Below the pieces are notes generated by a model. The model ran no database searches, was not told the DNA's origin, and worked only from the letters and a program-made list of their open reading frames with translations. From contig JAFZRR010000043.1 in assembly GCA_017619815.1 (NCBI GenBank), positions 1-57,141 of the forward strand: a stretch of 57,141 bases of DNA. The letters run 5' to 3'. Position numbers and translations under genes: made by a program. Of this stretch, positions 18,760 to 27,826 are shown one piece after another. Every line of letters begins with the position of its first letter. Position 1 is the first letter of the stretch. This DNA is from Bacilli bacterium. GTDB lineage: Bacteria > Bacillota_I > Bacilli_A > RFN20 > CAG-826.

Positions 18760-20202
18760 ATGGAAGACAAATCATCAGTTATCTTTGGTAATCCTATTGA
18801 TAAGAAAACTATCAAACAAGGAATTAAATCAAAGAAGAAATTTATAAAGAAATATGGTGACGACACAAATAAGGAATATCACTTAAGTGTCGAACCTATT
18901 CCATCACTCGATTTTATCGGTGCCCAAAATCTTGTCTTATCCGATAAACCAATGGAGTTCCCGAAGAACGCATTAGTTGTCGGTAATATCAGAATGGGAT
19001 TTGGTCACTATAGAATTTCAATTGCCTTAGCGAGTTGCGCTAAAGCATTAGGCTATGAACCATATTGGTTTGATTTAGCGAGCTTTGACGCCACCGGAAG
19101 CAAGATGATTAGATATCAAAACGATCTCTACTCAAAAGCCTCCAGAATCAGCCAAAAATCAAAGTTATTTAATAAATTCTTCTGGGAACCACTTAACTCA
19201 GAAGGTTTTAGACAAATTACTTATAATTCAAAAGACCAAAAGAATGCTGAATTATTAGCGCCTTTATATAATGACTTTCCAAAGGATATTCCATTTGTCG
19301 CTACACACGTATGGCCAAGCCAAGGCGCGATACACGCGAACTTAACACATGTTGTAAATGCGATTCCAGATAACTGGCCAATGGCACTTCATCTTTCTGA
19401 AGGTGCAATTCACGTCGTCCAAACTCCATTTGCATATCTTGGATATAAGATGCTCAATGGCATGGCGAAAAAACCATTAAAAGGAATTCCAAATGCTGAC
19501 CTATATGAAGTTGGTCATTATGTCGATCACGAGTTAGTTGCTAACATTGAAAAAGATGTCGAAAACCGTGTGAAAAGAATTCAAAATAATGAGCCAATCA
19601 GAATCCTAATGTCCGTTGGTGGTGCGGGTGCCGGTGCAAAGTATTTCTTACAGATAATTGAACACCTATTACCTTTGGTAAAAGAAAAGAAAGTAGCTTT
19701 ATTCTTAAACCTTGGAGACCACCTCGATATGTTCGAATACTTGAAAAAACATATCAAAGGATTTGAAAACGAAGTCATTAAATATTTTGATGAATATTCT
19801 AAACTCAAAGAGTTCGTTGATGGCATGGATAAGAACGTTGTTGAAGGCACTTATATCTTCTATCACAAGGACATCTTTGAAGCTGTCTATTCCACAAACC
19901 TTTTAATGAGACATGTTGAGATGTTAATCACTAAACCAAGTGAATTAGCTTTCTATCCGGTTCTCAAAGTAATGATGAGACATATCGGTGGACATGAAGT
20001 TTATGGTGCTGTTCACGCTCAAGAATTTGGTGATTCCACATTCGAATGCCCAGACAAAAAGTCCATGAACGAAATGCTTGATAGACTCATTGAAGATAAG
20101 GATTTATTAATCCATTTAAATAGACAAATTGTGAAATTAAAAGAGCAAGGAATCTACAACGGTGGATATGAAGCTATCAAATTAGCGGTCAAAGGAAAAT
20201 AA
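18760..20202 (+). CDS. Uncharacterised GT-B-fold protein, distantly UgtP/MGDG-synthase (GT28)-like
   Basis: Ordered motifs MGFGH, ATHVWP, NAIPD, ILMSVGGAGAG, ITKPSEL and GGHE parallel the GT28 motifs GxGH, STHP, VxTD, LLMGGG, ITKPGG and PGQE. Confidence 0.6.
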   Translation: MEDKSSVIFGNPIDKKTIKQGIKSKKKFIKKYGDDTNKEYHLSVEPIPSLDFIGAQNLVLSDKPMEFPKNALVVGNIRMGFGHYRISIALASCAKALGYEPYWFDLASFDATGSKMIRYQNDLYSKASRISQKSKLFNKFFWEPLNSEGFRQITYNSKDQKNAELLAPLYNDFPKDIPFVATHVWPSQGAIHANLTHVVNAIPDNWPMALHLSEGAIHVVQTPFAYLGYKMLNGMAKKPLKGIPNADLYEVGHYVDHELVANIEKDVENRVKRIQNNEPIRILMSVGGAGAGAKYFLQIIEHLLPLVKEKKVALFLNLGDHLDMFEYLKKHIKGFENEVIKYFDEYSKLKEFVDGMDKNVVEGTYIFYHKDIFEAVYSTNLLMRHVEMLITKPSELAFYPVLKVMMRHIGGHEVYGAVHAQEFGDSTFECPDKKSMNEMLDRLIEDKDLLIHLNRQIVKLKEQGIYNGGYEAIKLAVKGK

Positions 20203-20217
20203 TCAAGTACTAATCAA

Positions 20218-20239
20218 AAAAGGACCTTAAGGTCCTTTT
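20218..20239. terminator. Bidirectional intrinsic terminator
   Basis: Perfect palindrome AAAAGGACC-TTAA-GGTCCTTTT between convergent genes. Confidence 0.8.
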
Positions 20240-22559
20240 ATTTTACTTCTAACTTGATTTCTTTAACGATATCATCCATCGAAATTGTTATTTTAGCTTG
20301 TCCTGGTTTATTCTCAGAGAACACGAACAATGATAGTTGTCCACCAAGTAGTGATTGAGCATTATCGCCCAATACTTTAATTGGTCCTTCACACTCAATT
20401 TTGATCACTCTATTGGAGTATTGCATGAGTGAACCATTTTCATCAATATGTTTAACGACAATACGCGCCGCATCATAAGTGTCTTTATTTTCTAAGACAG
20501 TTTTAGATGGTTCTACAAGTAAGTCGAACTTCTTTGATGGACCAACTTTCTTGGTAACCACTAATTGATCATTCTTATAGCCTTTGAATGTATAAGTCTT
20601 AGCAATACCACCCCATGAACCAACATGAGTATTGTAATAATCGACTAGTTCAGCATATGTGACTTTGTATTTTTTCATCATATATGCGAGATAGAGTTTT
20701 TCTTTTAATGTTAAGGCATTGAAACCCTGCGTAGCAGCATGTGTGAACATCTTTGCTATTTTTGGCCAGCTCTTCTTTGCAAATCTTTCTTCTTTGAAAG
20801 TTTCTCCCACCAAGTCATCAACTAGTATTGGTGGATGTGGCAAATATTTAAATTGATTATGCTTTGGATAGTAGCGAGCCACAAACTCGTCATTCTTAAA
20901 TAAGTCAAAGTAGTCACAATTTGTTGTGACATATATATCGAAGTATCTCGCTTCTGGATAATCACCAGGTTTCATATTTGAGATAACTTCTAACATTGGT
21001 TCTTTAACTAATTGAGAAGCATAGATATAAGAACTATGTTTTGGATTTCTATATAAGTCATAAACACCATGTGGGCAAATATGATCACCAGATCCAAAAT
21101 CAACGTGAGTGTGATAGTCAAAACCACACCAACCAATCGCACCACACACATTCTCGTACTTAAAATTATCATCTATAACTTTCGCATGTCTAAGTGCTAC
21201 TTCGACTTTTGTTCTTTCGTCGGAAGTAGGTTTAACTGGATCCATGTGTCCAAGATACTCCGTAACCAAATATGGTTTACCTTGTGTTTTAACTTTCTTT
21301 GGATTGATTAGTCCGATGCGCATAGAATCACAAGAGAAGTCATTATAGGCGTAAATATCTTCTAAAAGTTCTGAATCTCTAAAGTTTCTGACCCCTAATG
21401 TTTGTCTTGTTGAATCTAGTTCATGTGCAAGTGCATTTGCCTTTTCATATAAATCGTGATCATCTTGAGATTCATCTATACGCACACCGTGGGCAATTAA
21501 TGAAGGATGATTTCTTTGTGTTTTAACCATTGCTTGTAGGTAAAACATGAAATTGTCTCTCCACTCTTTTTCTTTACCAATATGTTGCCATCCTGGAATC
21601 TCGTTAACTGTGAGTAAACCAATCTCATCACATCTATTTAAGAAGTGTTCACTTTGAGGATAATGAGATTGTCTTACAATATTAATTCCGGTTTTGAATT
21701 TTAATAAATCAGCATCTTCTTCTTGCATAGCTTTTGGCATTGCGTAACCAACATATGGATAGCCTTGATGTCTGTTCAAACCAACAAGTTTAACTTTTTT
21801 GTCATTGAGGTAGAATCCATCTGGTTTGAAGATTGCTTTTCTAAAACCAAAGCGAGTTTGGTATTCTTCATCGCCATCTTTACTATGAATTTTGGTAACT
21901 AATGTATATAGATTTGGTTGTTCTAAGTCCCAAAGGGAAGGATTCTCAACCTTAAATTGATTTTGGTCTGATTCACAAACTAATTTGTCTTTCAAAAATA
22001 CTTTGTGAGACACTTCAATTTCTTCATTTCCAACCTTATCAAATTGCACATCAACTAAGCCGGAAATGTCACTCTTCACAAAGAGATTTTCAATATATGT
22101 TTTTGGGTGAACTTCAACAGAGACTTCACGATAAATTCCACTGAATGTTAAGTAGTCTACTGCATATCCAAATGGTGGAATTAAAGGATCTTCAGAAGAA
22201 TCTAAAACTACGACTAATCTATTGCCCTTTTGCTTCACAAATTCAGTGACATCAAGTTTTACTTGAACCCAACCAGAAATGTGCTCGCCAAGATCGTGAC
22301 CATTTAAATATATTTTGGCCTTTAACATATATCCATCAAAGACCAAATTAACTATTTTATTTTCAATATTTTCTTCAATATCAAATAGTTTTTCGTATGT
22401 CGAAACAACCTGATAATCCTTCTCATTGAAGTAGTTATAAGGTACCTCTTTTGCGCAGTGCGGAATGTTAATTCGTTGACTACTATTAGGGAGCTTATTT
22501 AAATACTCGTCTTTATAGTCGCTAATGAATTGCCAATCGTAGTTTATTGCATGTTTCAT
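20238..22559 (-). CDS. GH2 beta-galactosidase
   Basis: DYLTFSGIYREV, GLNRHQGYPYVG, RQSHYPQ, EIPGWQ, GVRIDES and YLVTEYLGH. Confidence 0.92.
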   Translation of the reverse strand: MKHAINYDWQFISDYKDEYLNKLPNSSQRINIPHCAKEVPYNYFNEKDYQVVSTYEKLFDIEENIENKIVNLVFDGYMLKAKIYLNGHDLGEHISGWVQVKLDVTEFVKQKGNRLVVVLDSSEDPLIPPFGYAVDYLTFSGIYREVSVEVHPKTYIENLFVKSDISGLVDVQFDKVGNEEIEVSHKVFLKDKLVCESDQNQFKVENPSLWDLEQPNLYTLVTKIHSKDGDEEYQTRFGFRKAIFKPDGFYLNDKKVKLVGLNRHQGYPYVGYAMPKAMQEEDADLLKFKTGINIVRQSHYPQSEHFLNRCDEIGLLTVNEIPGWQHIGKEKEWRDNFMFYLQAMVKTQRNHPSLIAHGVRIDESQDDHDLYEKANALAHELDSTRQTLGVRNFRDSELLEDIYAYNDFSCDSMRIGLINPKKVKTQGKPYLVTEYLGHMDPVKPTSDERTKVEVALRHAKVIDDNFKYENVCGAIGWCGFDYHTHVDFGSGDHICPHGVYDLYRNPKHSSYIYASQLVKEPMLEVISNMKPGDYPEARYFDIYVTTNCDYFDLFKNDEFVARYYPKHNQFKYLPHPPILVDDLVGETFKEERFAKKSWPKIAKMFTHAATQGFNALTLKEKLYLAYMMKKYKVTYAELVDYYNTHVGSWGGIAKTYTFKGYKNDQLVVTKKVGPSKKFDLLVEPSKTVLENKDTYDAARIVVKHIDENGSLMQYSNRVIKIECEGPIKVLGDNAQSLLGGQLSLFVFSENKPGQAKITISMDDIVKEIKLEVK

Positions 22560-22604
22560 AGTATTTAACCATGAATAATTATATAATAATTCCGAGGTTA
22601 TTAT

Positions 22605-24944
22605 ATGCTAAAAACTACTGAAAATGTCTTTGTCATCAGCACAAAGAGTTTGTCCTATGTTTTTCATGCGGATAAAACTGGACTACTGTTCCATGACTAT
22701 TTTGGAAAAAAAGTCGACCTCGTGGATTTTGATGTAAAATCACTCTCCGTTAAGCCATCTGTTCAAAAGGGAACATCTACAATGTACGATGAGTCCCAAA
22801 ACAAAGAGCTTTCAATGGATGTGGTTCCATTAGAATTTTCCTTCCCACATAAAGGCGACTATAAGAGCACACCAATCCTCTTAAAGAACGAAAAGTTTGG
22901 GTATGTATTTGATTTCAAATTTGATCGATTTGAACAAAGAGAGCCTAAAGCTTTAGAAGGACTCCCAACTCCTCATTCCGCAAACGAAGAGTTAGTTATC
23001 ATCTTAAAAGATGAAAAAGCCAATGTTGAAGTCGAACTTCATTATTTGGTCTTTGAAGAATGCGATGTCATTTGCCGTAACGTTACTATAGTAAATAATG
23101 GCGAACTTGAATTATCCGTTCTCAAAGCGCTTTCCTATCAACTTGACCTAGTGAATAGAGAGTTTGAATTAACCACTCTAACAGGCGGTTGGGCAAGCGA
23201 AATGAATCAACAAAAGCAAACACTAATAGTGGAAGGCAAATACTCCGTAGAATCAAGAACCGGAAACTCTTCTTGTAGAGCCAATCCATTCTTCATGCTC
23301 AAAGAGAAATCAGCCAGCCTAGATCATGGTGATGTTTATTTATTCAACCTCATCTATAGCGGAAACCACTTAGAAGAAATTGAATTATCACATTATGGAT
23401 TAGTTCGTGTTGAAGCCGGTATTAATCCATTCTGTTTCGAATTTAAACTCAAACAAGGCGAAAGATTTGAAACTCCTTACGCAGTTTTAACTTATTCCGA
23501 TAAAGGAATTAATGGTGCTCGCCTTAATATGCACCATTTTACGAATAACCATGTCATTCCATCCCAGTGGAATAACACGATAAGACCAGTGGTTATTAAT
23601 AACTGGGAAGGCACATACTTTAAATTCACAGAATCAAAGTTATTAGCCTTAGCAAACGATGCAAAAAAATATGGCGCTGAACTATTTGTTTTAGATGACG
23701 GATGGTTTGGTGCGAGAAACTCTGATACAGCGGGTTTAGGCGACTATAACGTCAATAAGAAAAAGTTACCATCAGGCCTTTCTGGACTCAGCAAAAAGAT
23801 ACATAAGAAAGGTATGAAATTTGGACTTTGGTTTGAACCTGAAGCGGTCAATCCAGACTCCGATTGTTACCGCGCTCACCCTGAATGGGCAATCAAGTGT
23901 GTTGACCGCGAACCATCATTAGGAAGACACGAATTGATACTAAATCTTTCTTTGAAAGATGTTCAAGACTACTTGATTAATTCCGTCTCTGGAATCTTGA
24001 ATTCCGCGAAGATTGAGTTTGTTAAATGGGACATGAACAGAAACATTTCTGACATCACCTTTAACGACTATGAACCAGGTGAATTTTATCACCGCTACAT
24101 GCTCGGTTTATATCGTGTTTTAAGTGAACTCACAAAACGTTTCCCAGATGTTTTATTTGAAGGATGCGCCAGTGGTGGTAATAGATTTGATTTAGGTATT
24201 CTTTCTTACTTCCCACAAATTTGGGCAAGTGATGATACTGATGCTCATGAAAGAATCACCATTCAAAGCGGTTATTACCTTGGATATCCACAAAGCACAG
24301 TGTCCGCTCATGTATCGAGTTCTCCATCTCACCAATTATTGAGAAGAACTCCGATTGAAACTAGATTCAATGTTGCGATGTTTGGTGTTCTTGGATTTGA
24401 GTTATTGTTTAACGAATTAGACAAACTCGAAAAGAAGAAATGTAAACAGCTTATTGAAGTCTATAAAGCCAATCGTGAAGTGCTTCAATTTGGTGATTTC
24501 TATGAATTAGATAGTTATTCAAATAACTTCCATAAATGGCAAGTCTTATCTAAAGATAAAAAATCAAGTTTGATTGGCCATTTTAATGTTCTTCAATTAA
24601 CTCATGCACCAGAAACTATCCTCAATGCAAATGGTTTAATTGATGAACAAAAATATAAGATTGATGTTGTCAGTTTAGAACATAACATTAAGGAATTTGG
24701 TGGACTAGTTAATATGCTTACTCCAGTCCATCTCAATCCAAATGGATGGGTTGTTAATCTTTTATCAAAGAAAATGACCATTCCTTATGAAAAAGAATCT
24801 TATGTTGCCTATGGTAACGCAATCAATAATAAAGGCATTATATTGAACCCAGAATGGTCCGCTTCTGGCCTTAATGAAGGAGTTAGGGTTTTAGAAGATT
24901 TCGGATCGAGATTATATTTGGTTAAAGCAGATGAAACAAACTAA
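22605..24944 (+). CDS. GH36 alpha-galactosidase
   Basis: INNWEGTYF, LFVLDDGWFG, FGLWFEPE, KWDMNR, EGCASGGNRFD and WASDDTD. Confidence 0.95.
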   Translation: MLKTTENVFVISTKSLSYVFHADKTGLLFHDYFGKKVDLVDFDVKSLSVKPSVQKGTSTMYDESQNKELSMDVVPLEFSFPHKGDYKSTPILLKNEKFGYVFDFKFDRFEQREPKALEGLPTPHSANEELVIILKDEKANVEVELHYLVFEECDVICRNVTIVNNGELELSVLKALSYQLDLVNREFELTTLTGGWASEMNQQKQTLIVEGKYSVESRTGNSSCRANPFFMLKEKSASLDHGDVYLFNLIYSGNHLEEIELSHYGLVRVEAGINPFCFEFKLKQGERFETPYAVLTYSDKGINGARLNMHHFTNNHVIPSQWNNTIRPVVINNWEGTYFKFTESKLLALANDAKKYGAELFVLDDGWFGARNSDTAGLGDYNVNKKKLPSGLSGLSKKIHKKGMKFGLWFEPEAVNPDSDCYRAHPEWAIKCVDREPSLGRHELILNLSLKDVQDYLINSVSGILNSAKIEFVKWDMNRNISDITFNDYEPGEFYHRYMLGLYRVLSELTKRFPDVLFEGCASGGNRFDLGILSYFPQIWASDDTDAHERITIQSGYYLGYPQSTVSAHVSSSPSHQLLRRTPIETRFNVAMFGVLGFELLFNELDKLEKKKCKQLIEVYKANREVLQFGDFYELDSYSNNFHKWQVLSKDKKSSLIGHFNVLQLTHAPETILNANGLIDEQKYKIDVVSLEHNIKEFGGLVNMLTPVHLNPNGWVVNLLSKKMTIPYEKESYVAYGNAINNKGIILNPEWSASGLNEGVRVLEDFGSRLYLVKADETN

Positions 24945-26589
24945 TTGGTATAAAGACGCAGTTATATATCAAATCTATCCCCGTTCTTTTTGTGATGGAA
25001 ATGGTGATGGCTTAGGTGATATACCTGGCATTATTTCAAAACTAGACTACTTAAAAGATCTAGGTGTGAATTGTGTTTGGCTATCTCCAGTTTATGATTC
25101 TCCCCAAGAAGATAATGGATATGATATCTCTAATTATAGAGATATTTATAAACCATTTGGTACATTAGATGATTTCAAAAAGATGTTAGACGAGATGCAC
25201 AAAAGAGGCATTCGTTTGATTATGGATTTAGTAGTTAACCATACATCTAGTGAACATGAATGGTTCAAGTCTGCAATCAGTGACAAGAACTCTCCGTATA
25301 GAGATTATTACATTATTAAAAAAGGCCGCAAAAACGGCAAAAAACCTCCAAATAACTGGACAGGTTTCTTTGGTGAAAAAGCCTGGGAAAGAATTGGAGA
25401 TACTGAAGATTACTACTTACATCTATTTGCTAAAGGACAGCCAGATTTAAACTGGGAAAACGGAAAAGTGAGAGAAGAAGTAAAAGATATTCTCCGCTAT
25501 TGGTTAGATATGGGTGTGGATGGCTTTAGATGTGATGTCATAACTTTGATTTCTAAAGACCAAAGATTCAAAAATGTTGGACCAACAATTGCCCTTGCGG
25601 GTAAGAAGTACTATGTAAATGGCCCAAGACTTCATGAATTCCTCCATGAGTTATATGTAGATGTCTATCAAAACTATGATTGTATGACTGTTGGTGAAAC
25701 TGTCTTGTCCACACTTGATGATGCAAGAAAACTTGTTGAACCAGAAAGACAAGAACTCTCAATGATATTCAACTTTGATCACACCGATGTTGATAATCAT
25801 ATGGGCGTGAAGTATTTCTTAAGAAAATTCAAAGTCAAAAACTTAAAGAAAGTAGTAGATAAATGGCAACATGGTTTATATGGAAAAGGATGGAATTCTT
25901 TATTCATCGAAAACCATGACCAAAGAAGAAGTGTTGGAAGATTTGGAACTGACGATACTAAGTATCGAATTGAATCTGCTTGTATGTTAGGAGCCACATA
26001 TTTCTTCTTACAGGGAACCCCATTCATTTATCAAGGACAAGAGATTGGCATGACAAATGGTGATTTCAAAACCATTGATGATGTCAAGGATGTCGAAGCT
26101 CATAACATCTATAATCTCGCTAATAAAGTCAAAATCTTGAAACCAATTGTTAATAAGAGTTTGCTACAAGTTAGTAGAGATAACGCTAGAACCCCAATGC
26201 AATGGGATGATAGTGAATATGCTGGTTTCTCAACCGTGGAGCCATGGCTCAAAGTTAACAAAAATAAATGCTGTATCAATGTTAAAGAAAGCATTGAATA
26301 TTCCGACTCCATTTATCATTTCTATCAAAAACTCATCGCCTTCAGAAAAGGTAATGAAGTAATAAAAGATGGAGAATATATTGATTTATTAAAATCAAAT
26401 AGTAAGATATTTGCTTATAAACGTAAATTAGGCGAGAAGGAAATAATCATCGTCAGTAATTTCACAAATAAAGAAGTCAAATTACCTGCTATTGAGGGAT
26501 TAGACAAATTTGAAATTACATTAAGCAATTATGTGAAACATACCCCTGTCTTAAAACCATACGAGACAAGAGTGTACAAGAATTATTAG
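24931..26589 (+). CDS. GH13 oligo-1,6-glucosidase/alpha-glucosidase
   Basis: YQIYPRSF, DNGYDIS, MDLVVNHTS, QPDLNWEN, DGFRCDVI, TVGE, ENHDQ and SRDNARTPMQW. Confidence 0.95.
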   Translation: MKQTNWYKDAVIYQIYPRSFCDGNGDGLGDIPGIISKLDYLKDLGVNCVWLSPVYDSPQEDNGYDISNYRDIYKPFGTLDDFKKMLDEMHKRGIRLIMDLVVNHTSSEHEWFKSAISDKNSPYRDYYIIKKGRKNGKKPPNNWTGFFGEKAWERIGDTEDYYLHLFAKGQPDLNWENGKVREEVKDILRYWLDMGVDGFRCDVITLISKDQRFKNVGPTIALAGKKYYVNGPRLHEFLHELYVDVYQNYDCMTVGETVLSTLDDARKLVEPERQELSMIFNFDHTDVDNHMGVKYFLRKFKVKNLKKVVDKWQHGLYGKGWNSLFIENHDQRRSVGRFGTDDTKYRIESACMLGATYFFLQGTPFIYQGQEIGMTNGDFKTIDDVKDVEAHNIYNLANKVKILKPIVNKSLLQVSRDNARTPMQWDDSEYAGFSTVEPWLKVNKNKCCINVKESIEYSDSIYHFYQKLIAFRKGNEVIKDGEYIDLLKSNSKIFAYKRKLGEKEIIIVSNFTNKEVKLPAIEGLDKFEITLSNYVKHTPVLKPYETRVYKNY

Positions 26590-26601
26590 GAGGAAGATCT
26601 T

Positions 26602-27813
26602 ATGGATCAAGTATTAAATCAATTAATCAGAAAAGAAACCAAACGCCAAAACATTGGTGTGGAGCTTATTGCTAGTGAAAACTATGCCAGTAAAGAAGTG
26701 AGAAAGATGTGCTCATCTATTCTTACAAATAAATATGCAGAAGGTTACCCACACAAACGTTATTATGGCGGTTGTGAATTTGTCGATCAAATAGAAGAAC
26801 TCGCAATTAGCAGAGTTTGTGAATTGTTTGGTAGCAAATTTGCTAACGTCCAACCACATAGTGGTTCACAAGCTAACGCCGCTGCATATAGAGCATTATT
26901 ACCAGAAGGTGGAAAAATCCTTTCATTAGTTCTTAATGATGGTGGTCATCTTACACATGGTTCCCCAGTTTCATTTTCATCTCATGATTATGAATTCGTA
27001 TTTTATCCATTAGATGGTTCCGGCCACTTGAATTATGAAGGCATCCGTGAATTAGCTTTACAAGAAAAGCCAAACGTTATTCTTGCTGGTTATAGCGCAT
27101 ACCCATACGCAATTGATTTCAAACGCATTGGTGAAATTGCTAAAGAAGTTGGTGCTTATTTCATGGTCGATATGGCGCATATCGCAGGCCTAGTTGCGGC
27201 TGGTGTTCATATGAATCCAGTTCCATATGCTGATATCGTTACTTCCACAACACACAAAACATTAAGAGGCCCACGTGGCGGCATCATCCTCACAAATAGC
27301 GAAGAACTCATTAAGAGAATCAATAGTGCAGTCTTCCCATATTATCAAGGTGGACCACTTTTACATATCATCGCCGCGAAAGCTGTTTGTTTTAAAGAAG
27401 CCTTAAGTGATGACTTCAAAGAGTACGCAAAGCAACTTGTGAGAAACAACAAAGCATGTCGTGATGAATTTGCCAAACTCGGTGATAAAGTTTCTGATAC
27501 CGATAATCATTTATTCTTATTAAATGTTTTGGATTCCTTTGGAATTAATGGCTTAGAAGCCCAAAAGAAACTTGAATTAATCAATATCACCACAAACAAA
27601 AACATGATTCCTAACGATACACTTAAACCAAATAAAACATCTGGTTTACGTATTGGTTTTGCTGCGGTCACAACACGTGGCTGTACCGAAGAAGACGCCA
27701 GACGCATCGCTAGATTAATCCACGGATTCTTATCTAACAAATTAGATGAACAATCCGCTAAGAAAAAAGTTAAAGAAATAGTTAGTAAATGGAAACTAAT
27801 TGAAAAGATCTAA
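26602..27813 (+). CDS. glyA: Serine hydroxymethyltransferase
   Basis: ELIASENY, NKYAEGYP, NVQPHSGSQAN, GGHLTHG and TTHKTLRGPRGG (PLP lysine). Confidence 0.98.
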   Translation: MDQVLNQLIRKETKRQNIGVELIASENYASKEVRKMCSSILTNKYAEGYPHKRYYGGCEFVDQIEELAISRVCELFGSKFANVQPHSGSQANAAAYRALLPEGGKILSLVLNDGGHLTHGSPVSFSSHDYEFVFYPLDGSGHLNYEGIRELALQEKPNVILAGYSAYPYAIDFKRIGEIAKEVGAYFMVDMAHIAGLVAAGVHMNPVPYADIVTSTTHKTLRGPRGGIILTNSEELIKRINSAVFPYYQGGPLLHIIAAKAVCFKEALSDDFKEYAKQLVRNNKACRDEFAKLGDKVSDTDNHLFLLNVLDSFGINGLEAQKKLELINITTNKNMIPNDTLKPNKTSGLRIGFAAVTTRGCTEEDARRIARLIHGFLSNKLDEQSAKKKVKEIVSKWKLIEKI

Positions 27814-27826
27814 GGAGGGGTTGGTC

